Below, in pieces: positions 45,811 through 58,968 of a stretch of 64,000 nucleotides of DNA; the stretch's first letter is position 1, and each line of letters opens with the position of its first letter. The translations under genes were made by a program, and so were the position numbers. The stretch is taken from contig OZ024762.1 of NCBI GenBank assembly GCA_964016885.1, positions 2,418,001 through 2,482,000 of the forward strand. Direction: 5' to 3'. Origin of the DNA: Eledone cirrhosa (Eukaryota). Below the pieces are notes generated by a model. It ran no database searches and had not been told where the DNA came from. It saw only the letters and a program-made list of their open reading frames with translations.

Positions 45811-45872
45811 ATAATAATAATAATAATGAACTATTATGTACAGTGCTCAGGTGCACTACAACTCATCAAAGG
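45811..45872 (-). mobile_element. 3' tip of the CR1 family seen at 20969-22885
   Basis: (AAT)n plus AGTGCTCAGGTGCACTACAACTC, near the reverse complement of 22820-22880. Confidence 0.75.
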
Positions 45873-46079
45873 TGCATGTATAGTACGTAGGGTAATGTAC
45901 ACACGTCATATATATAGATATATATATACACATGCATCCATACATATTACATATGTATATATATGTGTGGGGGGAGAGGAAGGGGTAAGATATATCGTCT
46001 GCTCCTTTCATTTCTTTTGTATGAGATTGTTAAAAGGAATGGAGGGAGAGAAATGATTTGATTGGAGGTAAATTTACTG

Positions 46080-46584
46080 TAGTGGTGGTGTGGTGGTGGA
46101 GGTGTGGTGGTGGTGGAGGTGTGGTGGAGGTGTGGTGGTGGTGGTGGTGGTGGTGTGGTGGTGGAGGTGTGGTGGTGGTGGAGGTGTGGTGGTGTGGTGG
46201 TGGAGGTGTGGTGGTGGTGTGGTGGTGGTGGTGGTGGTGATGTGGTGGTGGAGGTGTGGTGGAGGTGTGGTGGTGGTGGTGTAGTGGTGTGGTGGTGTGG
46301 TGGTGTGGTGGAGGTGTGGTGGTGGTGGTGTGGTGGTGGAGGTGTGGTGGAGGTGTGGTGGTGGTGGTGGAGGTGTGGTGGAGGTGTGGTGGTGGTGGTG
46401 ATGTGGTGGTGTGGTGGTGGAGGTGTGGTAGAGGTGTGGTGGTGGTGATGTGGTGGTGGTGGTGGTGGTAGTGGTGGTGATGTGGTGGTGGAGGTGTGGT
46501 GGTGTTATACATATATATACATATATATATATATATATACATATAGATATATATATACATATATATATATATACATATATATAC

Positions 46585-46633
<49 letters not shown>

Positions 46634-46682
46634 CATATATACATATATATACATATATATACATATATATACATATATATAC

Positions 46683-46714
<32 letters not shown>

Positions 46715-46768
46715 ATATACATATATATACATACATATATAAACATACATATATATACATATATATAC

Positions 46769-46799
<31 letters not shown>

Positions 46800-47188
46800 C
46801 ATATATATACATACATATATAAACATACATATATATACATATATATATATATACATATACATATATACATATACACATACATATATGTACATACATATAC
46901 ACATACATATATGTACATACATATATATACATATATATACATATACATATATATATATGCATATATACATATACATATATACACATATATATATATATAT
47001 ATACATATATACATATATATATATACATATACATATATACATATACATATATATACATATATACATATATATATATACATATATACATATATATATATAT
47101 ACATATACATATATATATATACATATATACATATATATATATACATATATACATATATATATATATACATATACATATATATATATAC

Positions 47189-47253
<65 letters not shown>

Positions 47254-47312
47254 TACATATATACATATATATATATATATACATATATACATATATATAT
47301 ATATACATATAC

Positions 47313-47391
<79 letters not shown>

Positions 47392-47940
47392 CATATATAT
47401 ATATACATATATATATATACATATATACACATATATACACATATACATATATACATATATACACATATATATATACATATACATATATATATATATATAC
47501 ATATATATACATATATATATACATATATATATACATATATATACATACATACATATATATACATATATATATACATATATATATACATATACATATATAT
47601 ATATATATATATACATATATATATACATATACATATATATATATATATATACATATATATATACATATACATATATATATATATACATATACATATATAT
47701 ATACATATACATATATATATATACATATATATATATATACATATATATATATACATATACATATATACATATATATATATATATATCCATATACATATAT
47801 ATATATATACATATATATATATACATATATATATATACATATATATATATACATATATATATATACATATTTATATACATATATATACACATATATATAC
47901 ATATATACATATATATTTATACATATATATATATATATGT
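46080..47940. repeat. (GGT)n block (46080-46503) followed by a (TA/CA)n block
   Basis: Direct reading. Confidence 0.95.
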
Positions 47941-48739
47941 ATCATCATCATCACCATCGACACCATCTTCTTCCTTCTCACCTCCCTCCCCTCCACATTA
48001 TGTACTTCTCCCCCCCCCCCCCCTCTTCCATCCCAAACAGATGCGACATTTTAATTTGTGTGTAAACTCATTAAAGCTACCTTTGCAATTAACAGAACAT
48101 GGAATGTGGGGGTGGAGGGAAGAGGGGGGTGGGGTGGGGTTGAGGTTAGATGCTGAAAGGTAAGAGCTGGGGGTGGGGGAAAAGCCTTGCATTAGGCATG
48201 TGTGGGGCTGGAGAGTGAGGGTGGAAGAGAGGATGTGAGTAGAAGAAGCAAAATAAAGAAACCAGCAGTGTGTGGGTGGGGGTGGGGCCCTGGGGACGTG
48301 GGGGTGGGGCCCTGGGGACGTGGGGGTGGTGGTGGTGATGAAGCAACGGCAGCAACAACAATAATAATAACATTAATTAGAAATCACCCTCCCCACCACC
48401 CTCACCCACCAGATGTAATCCAGGTTACAGCACCACCACCACCCCAACAAGCCCCTACTGCAGCACCTAAGTAGGTATACTCCAAGCTACACTGTGACAT
48501 CACCACCACCACCACCCCAACAAGCCCCTACTGCAGCACCTAAGTAGGTATACTCCAAGCTACACTGTGACATCACCACCACCACCACCCCAACAAGCCC
48601 CTAACCAGGTATACACTAACTATAAATGCAGGGATTACAGTTGCTGTTTTCAGGATCCAGGTAAAATATTTTATTTTCATTATAAACCGTTATCATATGT
48701 ACACACACACACACACACATATATATGTGTGTATGTATG

Positions 48740-48770
<31 letters not shown>

Positions 48771-48824
48771 GTATATATGTCGGGAGGGTCATATTTGTGT
48801 AATATTGCCAGAATTAATAACATG

Positions 48825-48856
<32 letters not shown>

Positions 48857-48867
48857 CATCTATCTAT

Positions 48868-49307
48868 CTAAGGCGGGTAAAATTCCCGAGATCCATGGAC
48901 GAGTTCTCTCCAGCGGTCTCTGTCCCTCATTATCGCTGCCATATCCTGCATCTCCAACAGACCAGTGTCTGTCCTTAGGGCATCAACATATGTTAACCTT
49001 GGTCTTCCTCTTCTAGTGTGTCCATGTAGGGGCTCCCAAAGGAGCACTGAGTGCAATGTCAACTCTGGATGTCGGTGAGCATGTCCAGCCAACCTCAGTC
49101 TCCTCTGTGTCACTTTTGAGCTGACTTTTGGGATGCTCCCATACAGCTCTGAGTTTTTCATCCTCGTAGAGACCTGAAAATCCGCCTCTTCATAGCTGTA
49201 GTGGAGTCTGTGCTGCTGTATGGGTCTGAGACTTGGACACTGACCAAGAGACTCACTCAGATGGTGGATGGGTGCTACATGAGAATGCTGAGGATGGCTC
49301 TGAACAT
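48868..49307. mobile_element. RTE LINE 3' end with a 5' inversion (48868-~49166 -, ~49167-49307 +)
   Basis: Minus strand NSELYG...RRLRLAGH...[10 protein letters not shown]; plus strand [12 protein letters not shown]...LRMALNI. Confidence 0.85.
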
Positions 49308-49339
49308 ATATATACATATATATACATATATATATATAC

Positions 49340-49393
<54 letters not shown>

Positions 49394-49425
49394 GTATATA
49401 TATATGTATATATATATATGTATAT

Positions 49426-49507
<82 letters not shown>

Positions 49508-49576
49508 GTATATATATATGTATATATATATATATGTATATATATATGTATATATATATATATGTATATATATATG

Positions 49577-49607
<31 letters not shown>

Positions 49608-49614
49608 GTATATG

Positions 49615-49692
<78 letters not shown>

Positions 49693-49715
49693 CACAGACC
49701 CTCCATCTCAACTCA

Positions 49716-49753
49716 CCTTTTGAAAAGCAGAAGAACTGCGAAACCGGTAAAGG
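49716..49753 (+). ncRNA. Minimal type I hammerhead with a U3-A8 core variant
   Basis: CCUU-UUGAAAA-GCAG aagaa CUGC-GAA-ACCGGU-A|AAGG within a ~130-bp unique island between (TA)n runs. Confidence 0.65.
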
Positions 49754-49823
49754 AACCAAATAAATATATTTAAAAAAAAAATAAGACTTCAGTTGCATTT
49801 TCGATTTCATCTCTTTTTCTTTA

Positions 49824-50353
<530 letters not shown>

Positions 50354-50451
50354 GTTTTAATATAGATGAGATTTAAAACTGTTATACTCTGCTATGTATT
50401 GAGTACCTTACTTACTGTGGTTACCTCCGATTCAACCCGGAATAACGTATA

Positions 50452-50575
<124 letters not shown>

Positions 50576-50582
50576 TGTATGT

Positions 50583-50623
<41 letters not shown>

Positions 50624-50668
50624 TATGTATGTATATATATATATGTATGTATATATATATATGTATGT

Positions 50669-50702
<34 letters not shown>

Positions 50703-50745
50703 GTATATATATATATATGTATGTATATATATATATATATGTATG

Positions 50746-50974
<229 letters not shown>

Positions 50975-51002
50975 GTATATATATGTGTGTGTGTGTGTGT
51001 GT

Positions 51003-51518
51003 GTTTTGAGTATATGTTGGTTGTATACCAACACCTCAGTATGCAGGCTGGAGCACTCGACGAAGTGCGCAGGTTGGTTTGGTTACTCCGGAGTAGTGTA
51101 AAATAAAGTTAAATAAAAAGTCAAATGTTTAAAATTTAGCTTCGTTTATTTCTGCTATATATATTTCAGTGACAGCCATCTTTGGCTGTGACCTCTTCAG
51201 GCAGTCCGAATTAGTGTGGTATAGACAAGTGCGTATGTTGTTGAGGTGTATAATTTTGTCAATACTCTGATATGCCCAGTTCCTGGTTGGGATGTTATTT
51301 CACAGTTCCTCAGTGAAATAACATCCCAACCAGGAACTGGGCATATCAGAGTATTGACAAAATTATACACCTCAACAACATACGCACTTGTCTATACCAC
51401 ACTAATTCGGACTGCCTGAAGAGGTCACAGCCAAAGATGGCTGTCACTGAAATATATATAGCAGAAATAAACGAAGCTAAATTTTAAACATTTGACTTTT
51501 TATTTAACTTTATTTTAT
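51003..51518. mobile_element. Penelope-like pLTR with a ~205-bp fold-back; hammerheads at 51152-51204 (-) and 51412-51464 (+)
   Basis: Arms ~51099-51303 and ~51312-51518; same family as 41273-41659 but a different turnaround point. Confidence 0.82.
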
Positions 51519-51562
51519 ATGTATGTATATGTATGTATATATATGTATATAAGTATGTATAT

Positions 51563-51611
<49 letters not shown>

Positions 51612-51727
51612 TATATATATATATACATACATATATATATATATATACACACACATATATATATATATATATACATACATATATATATATATATACATAC
51701 ATACACACACACATATATATATATATA

Positions 51728-51828
51728 CAGAGTGTCCCTCAAAAATATATACACACTTCAACATTATTCTAATAAATATTGTCTGTACAAGTAATCAAAG
51801 TGTGTATATATTTTTGGGGGACACCCTA
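51728..51828. mobile_element. ~100-bp Tc1/mariner-type MITE
   Basis: TIRs CAGAGTGTCCCTCAAAAATATATACACACTT and AAGTGTGTATATATTTTTGGGGGACACCCTA, flanked by TA. Confidence 0.75.
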
Positions 51829-52154
51829 TATATATGGTTTTCTGAACACATGAAATTATTATATATTCAATATAATTATACAAATTTGTTTAAAACTGGG
51901 GTTCTTTAAGGTCCAGTAATATCCCTCCCTGGGGTCTAACCCATGATGGCTGCCTTGTTGGGCCTTAATGATAGCATCAGTCATGTGTCTATGTGTGTGT
52001 GTCTAAATGTGTGCCTATATATTATGTATCTGTCTGTATCTATGTGTGTGTGTGTGTGCCCATATGTATGTGTGTGTCTATATGTGTGTTGTGTCTATGT
52101 GTGTGCCTATATGTGCGTTGTGTCTGTGTGTGTGTCTATGTGTGTGTGCGTGCA

Positions 52155-52200
<46 letters not shown>

Positions 52201-52248
52201 GCTATCATAGTTCATTTCTTTCTTCTACAGATATTTGTTGGAACATAA

Positions 52249-52640
52249 TGAACAGATGTTGTTTGACAGTGAACAGACGTTGTTTGACACAGTGAACAGA
52301 TGTTGTTTGACACAGTGAACATACGTTGTTTGCCAGTGAACATATGTTGTTTGACACAGTGAACAAACGTTGTTTGCCAGTGAACAGATGTTGTTTGACA
52401 CAGTGAACAGACGTTGTTTGACACAGTGAACAAACGTTGTTTGACACAGTGAACAGATGTTGTTTGCCAGTGAACAGATGTTGTTTGACTCAGTGAACAG
52501 ATGTTGCTTGACACAGTGAACAGACGTTGTTTAACACAGTGAACAGGCGGTGTTTGACACAGTGAACAGATGTTGTTTAACACAGTGAACAGACGTTGTT
52601 TGACACAGTGAACATATGTTGTTTGACACAGTGAACACGT
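52249..52640. repeat. 21-23-bp minisatellite (TGAACAGATGTTGTTTGACACAG), ~17 copies
   Basis: Direct reading; ends ~145 bp upstream of the GPCR ATG. Confidence 0.9.
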
Positions 52641-52783
52641 TTACTTTTCAGGGTTAAACACTTTAATCTAATGGTCAAGGTAAATATATTAGCTTACCAT
52701 TATTGTATTTCCAGGAGCGCTGAAAGGATATTTTCTCAAGCCTTAGCTCTCTCTTCTTCGGCCAAGAGAACTTCTAAAACACA

Positions 52784-53773
52784 ATGGACATATATGAAGA
52801 TAAACCACACATCAACAGCAGTGTCGCAGTAAAAATGAGTGGAACTTTAGACTCCTTGGTCATCGTGTCGGCTTTTCTCTCTCTCCTGACTATTCTGGTA
52901 AACCTTTTGGTTGGAATCTTGTTGTTTTGGAGTCGTGCCAATTATACCATATCTTTCCTTCTCTCTATTGGAAACTTTGCCATTGCTAATTTTTTCTATG
53001 GGTGCATCGGTCTCCCTACGCAGGCTCAACTCCTGTCCACGGGAAACCGATGGAATTATAGTTATTCTTCTTGTTTAATTACCATGACTCTCACTGATAT
53101 ATTTGAAGATGTTTCAACACTCAGCTTGATCCTCATCAATTTGGACCAAACCGTATCACTGGTGAAACCGAATTGGTATAAGACATCACGGTTCAAACAA
53201 ACGATGCTGGCTTTCAGTGCAGTTTTGTGGGCTTTTCCGACAGCGGTCGAGTTATATTTTCACGTTAATGACTGGTACCGAATGGGGCATGTTTTCATAC
53301 ATCTCTCTGATGTTTGTGTCAGCATTGTAAGTAAACACCTCAAAATATATGGCATCACCTTCACAACGTGCCTATCTTTCCCTATTTTAATATACTACAT
53401 ATTGCTACAATACATAAAACTCAGTAAAATGCACAACACATCCCTCTATGGATTCAATAAACTAATGGATATGATCACCCCCATTCTTCTCATCGATATC
53501 ACGGTAATAATATCAAGATTCTTTAGTGGAACTCTAGTTGTCATGGCTCTTATTTTCGGTGCCAACAATAAATTCCTTACTGAAAATGCTTTTCCTACTT
53601 CGCTGTATATTTTTGCTCTTTGGTTGAAGAGGTCATCTTTTGGTGCACCAATGTTGTTGCTAGTGTTTAGCAAGACAATCAGAAACAGTGTCAAACAACT
53701 GATCAATGGAGACAGGACTTACATCGTACCCTCCAATACCGACAGCCAAATGGATGACATTAACTTGGACTAA
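52784..53773 (+). CDS. Intronless, highly divergent class A GPCR, orphan, with a possible Lys at 7.43
   Basis: Seven hydrophobic segments; TILVNLLV (TM1), NFAIAN (TM2), ECL1 W plus C3.25, LINLDQT in place of DRY, W4.50, helix 8 SKTIRNSV. Confidence 0.82.
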   Translation: MDIYEDKPHINSSVAVKMSGTLDSLVIVSAFLSLLTILVNLLVGILLFWSRANYTISFLLSIGNFAIANFFYGCIGLPTQAQLLSTGNRWNYSYSSCLITMTLTDIFEDVSTLSLILINLDQTVSLVKPNWYKTSRFKQTMLAFSAVLWAFPTAVELYFHVNDWYRMGHVFIHLSDVCVSIVSKHLKIYGITFTTCLSFPILIYYILLQYIKLSKMHNTSLYGFNKLMDMITPILLIDITVIISRFFSGTLVVMALIFGANNKFLTENAFPTSLYIFALWLKRSSFGAPMLLLVFSKTIRNSVKQLINGDRTYIVPSNTDSQMDDINLD

Positions 53774-53909
53774 ATAAATATATGAATAAATTAACTCATT
53801 AATTATATCAATTAGTCCTTTTATTTATTTATTTAATTAATTAATTTATTTATTTACTGGTTTCAGTCATTTGATTGCGACCAGGCTTGATCAATAGCAA
53901 ACTTTGTGT

Positions 53910-54058
53910 GTACAGATAACATCCATGAACTTGGGGAGATCCAACTGGATCAGTTGGAGATAGTTGCTTATGACAGGACCCACTGGAAGGAGTGTTTGAG
54001 AACTCTGCCCCTCCCACGACTCTCTCAGGAATAAGTGATGGGCGAAGAATAAGAAGAA
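53910..54058 (+). mobile_element. RTE 3' end fragment
   Basis: Homologous to 57585-57730. Confidence 0.7.
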
Positions 54059-54491
54059 AGTATTGACTCCAGTGTTTAAAAGGAAATAAAAAATTTTATT
54101 ATTATTTTTATTTATTTACTTATTTTATTAAATTTATTTTTACAAAGGTTTTCTGAACATCAAACTTTTATCTTGGTAATTAATTGAACGACATAGATAA
54201 CGAACATATATTTAATTAATTAATTAATTAATGAGATTCCCTGATTATTAAAATATTTATTTTATAAGATACTGAAGTAATCCATAAATTGGATTGTAGA
54301 AGGAAACATGAGGGTCCAAATGAAATATCGAAGGGGTTGAAGGTGTTGGTGGCATTGCTGGGGGTCAGTATGATGTAGTCTTTATTTACATCTTGTTGGA
54401 ATGTATCTTTGTCTTCACATTACATAGCTATGTGGAGGGCTATAGTCTTGTTGGTCTTCACATTACATAGCTATGTGGAGGGCTATAGTCT

Positions 54492-54581
54492 TCACATAAA
54501 GAATGTGGCTATCAGGGCTATAGTGAAGGCAAGACAGATAACTGTGTGTATGGATATCATTATCATTTGTATCCTTTCATT
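54492..54581 (-). CDS. FRRS1: FRRS1-like ferric-chelate reductase, last exon
   Basis: TTTCAG|NERIQMIMISIHTVICLAFTIALIATFFM*, phase 0, terminal TM helix. Confidence 0.75.
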   Translation of the reverse strand, partial: NERIQMIMISIHTVICLAFTIALIATFFM

Positions 54582-54602
54582 CTGAAATAAATAGATACAC
54601 AA

Positions 54603-54899
54603 TGTATATATATATATATATATAGAGAGAGAGGGGGGGGTAGATAGATAGAGAGATAGAGAGAGAGGGGGGGGGGTAGATAGACAGATAGAAAGAGAGG
54701 GGGGGGGAGAGATATATAGATAGATAGATAGAGAGAGAGAGGGGGGAGATATATAGATAGAGAGGGGGGTAGGTAGATAGATAGATAGAGAGAGGGGGAG
54801 ATATATAGATAGATAGATAGAGAGAGGGGGGAGATATATAGATAGATAGATAGTTAGAGAGAGGGGGGAGATATATAGATAGATAGAGAGAGAGGGGGG

Positions 54900-54935
<36 letters not shown>

Positions 54936-55845
54936 GGGGGGATATAGATAGATAGAGAGAGGGGGGGATATATAGATAGAGAGAGAGAGAGAGAAAGATA
55001 ATGTAAAAATGGTCATGGAAAAAGGGAAATAATCAGACACACAGATACAGACATATGCACACACACACTAACATACCGATTCACTAACACACACATCCCA
55101 CATATTACACACACACACATCCCACATATTACACACACACACACACTACCACACACCCACACCCACACTACCACAGACACACATACACGCCCACACTACC
55201 ACACACCCACACTACCACACACATACACACCCACACTACCACACACATACACGCCCACACTACCACACACATACACGCCCACACTACCACACGCCCACAC
55301 CCATACTACCACACACCCACACTACCACACACCCACACTACCACACACATACACACCCACACTACCACACACATACACACCCATACTACCACATCAATAC
55401 ACGCCCACACTACCACACACATACACGCCCACACTACCACACACCCACACTACCACACACATACACACCCACACAACCACACACATACACACCCACACTA
55501 CCACACACATACACGCCCACACTACCACACACATACACACCCACACTACCACACACCCACACTACCACCCACACTACCATACACATACACTACCACACAC
55601 ATACACACCCACACTACCACACACCCACACTACCACCCACACTACCATACACATACACTACCACACACATACACACCCACACTACCACACACATACACAC
55701 CCACACTACCACACACATACACACCCACACTACCACACACATACACACTACCACACACCCACACTACCACACACATACACACCCACACTACCACACACCC
55801 ACACTACCACACACATACACACCCACACTACCACACACCCACACC
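54603..55845. repeat. GA/GATA-rich repeat followed by a CCACACTACCACAC minisatellite (intronic)
   Basis: Direct reading. Confidence 0.9.
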
Positions 55846-55901
55846 TGAGGTCCAAAAGACCAGAAATGAGACAATTAACAAAATATGTTTCTCAAACTCA
55901 C

Positions 55902-55969
55902 CTTATTCGCTTTAGCAGCGTCAACATTAGCTTGTCCAGAGGTGTTCATTTCATAGGCAGATATTTTAC
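55902..55969 (-). CDS. FRRS1: FRRS1-like exon (GKISAYEMNTSGQANVDAAKANK)
   Basis: TTACAG|...AAG|GTGAGT; 68 nt, bridges phase 1 to phase 0 exactly. Confidence 0.75.
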
Positions 55970-55989
55970 CTGTAATTAAAGTAAATAAG

Positions 55990-56470
55990 AATGGTTTCTT
56001 ATAGAGGCACAAGGCCAACAATTTTGGCGGGGGGGGGGGGGGGAGTCGATTAAATCGACCCCAGTACGTGACTGGTACTTTATTTTAACAACCCCGTAAG
56101 GATGAAAGGCAAAGTTAACCTCGGCGGGATTTGAACACAGAATGGCAAGGGCCGTAACTCTATGCATCAAAGCATGGCGTCCGACTCTCTACCGATACTG
56201 CCATTCTACATTAGGCACAAGGCCAACAATTTGAAATGAAGGGAAGGTGCCCCAGCATGGCCACAGTCTAATGACTGAAACCAGTAAAAAGAGTGTGGTG
56301 CCCCAGCATGGCCACAGTCTAATGACAAACCAGTAAAAAGAGTGTGGTGCCCCAGCATGGCCACAGTCTAATGACTGAAACCAGTAAAAAGAGTGTGGTG
56401 CCCCAGCATGGCCACAGTCAAATGACTGAAACCAGTAAAATAATGTGGTGCTCCAGCATGGCCACAGTCT
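55990..56470. mobile_element. SINE (55990-56207, -) and ~4.5 tandem copies of an ~50-bp SINE-tail-like unit (56246-56470)
   Basis: SINE core as above; repeated GTGCCCCAGCATGGCCACAGTCTAATGACTGAAACCAGTAAAAA. Confidence 0.75.
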
Positions 56471-56473
56471 TAC

Positions 56474-56623
56474 CTTGTTTGCAGTAATTCAAGATCTCCA
56501 TTGTGCAAATGGCCAACAATTTGTAGACCAAAAACAAACTCATTTCAATGACAAATGCATCATACATTTTCTCTACTCCTTCCATCTTACTATGCATGAC
56601 GACACCAATAAAGATGGTTGTAT
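56474..56623 (-). CDS. FRRS1: FRRS1-like exon (DTTIFIGVVMH...MEILNYCKQ)
   Basis: TTACAG|...CAAG|GTAAGA; 150 nt, phase 1-1. Confidence 0.8.
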
Positions 56624-56704
56624 CTGTAATGGGGAAAATATGGCTATCATACATCGCGTTAGTAATAATAATCTTATTTAACAAATGTTTTTTAATATTA
56701 TCTT

Positions 56705-57732
56705 AGCTCTACTTCTCCAAATTGAGAGACCACAGCTCTGATACTATGGACATGTGGTTAGAATGTCTCAGGAAAGAATCACTGGACAGATTTGTAGCTC
56801 GGAGATGAGAGAGTCACTCCAGGTAGAGCTGCTACTTCTCCGAATTGAGAGATCACAGCTCTGATACTATGGACATGGGGTTAGAATGTCTCAGGAAAGA
56901 ATCACTGGACAGATTTGTAGCTCGGAGATGAGAGAGTCACTCCAGGTAGAGCTGCTACTTCTCCTAATTGAGAGATCACAGCTCTGATACTATGGACATG
57001 GGGTTAGAATGTCTCAGGAAAGAATCACTGGACAGATTTGTAGCTCGGAGATGAGAGAGTCACTCCAGGTAGAGCTGCTACTTCTCCTAATTGAGAGATC
57101 ACAGCTCTGATACTATGGACATGGGGTTAGAATGTCTCAGGAAAGAATCACTGGACAGATTTGTAGCTCGGAGATGAGAGAGTCACTCCAGGTAGAGCTG
57201 CTACTTCTCCGAATTGAGAGATCACAGCTCTGATACTATGGACATGGGGTTAGAATGTCTCAGGAAAGAATCACTGGACAGATTTGTAGCTCGGAGATGA
57301 GAGAGTCACTCCAGGTAGAGCTGCTACTTCTCCTAATTGAGAGATCACAGCTCTGATACTATGGACATGGGGTTAGAATGTCTCAGGAAAGAATCACTGG
57401 ACAGATTTGTAGCTCGGAGATGAGAGAGTCACTCCAGGTAGAGCTGCTACTTCTCCTAATTGAGAGATCACAGCTCTGATACTATGGACATGGGGTTAGA
57501 ATGTCTCAGGAAAGAATCACTGGACAGATTTTATGGGCAAAACCAACTGGCAGGAGACCCAGGAGTAGACCCAGAGCAAGATGGTTGGATAACATCCTTG
57601 GGCTTGGCTGGTCTCACTTGGGGATCCAGCTGAATCAGTTGAAGACGGTTGCTTCTGACAGGACCTGCTGGAAGGAGTGTTTGAGGACTCAGCCCCCCTG
57701 ACCCTCTTACGAACAAGTGGGCAAAGAAGAAG
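56705..57732 (+). mobile_element. RTE 3' end with a 123-bp segment amplified ~6.7 times (56705-57530)
   Basis: Period 123 (ATACTATGG at 56741, 56864, 56987 and onward); continues into GRRPRSRPRARWLD. Confidence 0.88.
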
Positions 57733-58100
57733 ATTTTAACCCTTTAGCATTTATACCGGTTGTATCCGGCCAGAATTCTCTCAACTCTTTCTGTTCAAAC
57801 CAGCAATAACTGGCCGGTCATACTGACATTAAGGTATTGTTCTCAAAATAAATTTGAAGAGGAGAGCAAAGTCGATTAAATCAATTCCAGTGCATTACTG
57901 GTATTTTATTTTATCGACTTTGGAATGATGAAGGGCTAAATTGACCTTCACAGGATTTGAACTCAGAACAGAAAGGGTTGTAACTCTATGCTGCAAAGCA
58001 TTTTGTTCTTCTCCGACGCTCTACCAGTTATAAAATGTTGCACAAACGAGAAAAAAACTGATTGGAAAGGACTCAATAGGAAGAAGTTGGTGATATTTAC

Positions 58101-58200
58101 CAGCAAAAACCATGGCAACAACACCAACCATTCGATGGCACCAGTTAAAAATAACACGGAGTGGACTGTCCTTCCCTGGTCTAAAGTAGCCCATTACTGG
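58101..58200 (-). CDS. FRRS1: FRRS1-like exon (PVMGYFRPGKDSPLRVIFNWCHRMVGVVAMVFA)
   Basis: Cytochrome b561 motif FRPxxxxxxRxxFNWxH with a heme His; TTTCAG|...G|GTAAAT. Confidence 0.9.
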
Positions 58201-58776
58201 CTGAAATAGAGAGGTTGATAGGGTTAGAGGAGAGGAGAGAGGATGGTGGTGGTGGTCGTGTGTAGGGAGGTGGTGGTCGTGGTCGTGTGTAGGGAGGTGG
58301 TGGTGATGGTGGTGGTGTAGAGGAAGGTGGTGGTGTTGGGAGGAAGGTGGTGGTGTAGAGGAAGGTGGTGGTGTTGGGAGGAAGGTGGTGGTGGTGGTGT
58401 GTAGGGAGATGGTGGTGGTGGTATAGAGAGGAAGGTGGTGGTGTTGGAAGGAAGGTGGTGGTGGTGGTGGTGGTGTGTAGGGAGATGGTGGTGGTGGTGT
58501 GTAGGGAGATGGTGGTGGTGGTGTGTAGGGAGATGGTGGTGGTGGTGGTGGTGGTGTAGAGAGGAAGGTGGTGGTGTTGGAAGGAAGGTGGTGGTGGTGG
58601 TGTGTAGGGAGATGGTGGTGTTGGTGGTGGTGTAGAGAGGAAGGTGTGGTGGTGGTGGTGGTGGTGTGTGGTGGTGGTGTGTGGTGGTGGTGGTGGTGTG
58701 GAGAGGAAGGTGGTGGTGTAGAGAGGAAGGTGGTGGTGGTGTGTTAATCAAGAAGTCAACCATAAGATGTACTTAC

Positions 58777-58845
58777 ATTGCAAATTACTAAAATGGTGAC
58801 AATAATCCCGAGAGGAGGGTGAGCTTGATATGTGGACCCAGGAAG
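58777..58845 (-). CDS. FRRS1: FRRS1-like exon (LPGSTYQAHPPLGIIVTILVICN)
   Basis: AHPxLG heme-His motif; TTTCAG|...AAT|GTAAGT, phase 0-0. Confidence 0.9.
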
Positions 58846-58968
58846 CTGAAATGAGATAAAACAAGTTAAATTAGGGGTCTCACAGAATGTGATATTTTTA
58901 CTGTAATTAGGAGAAAGCTAAGGGCATCTAAGCACCTTAACAGATGCTAATGTCCATTTTTATATTAA

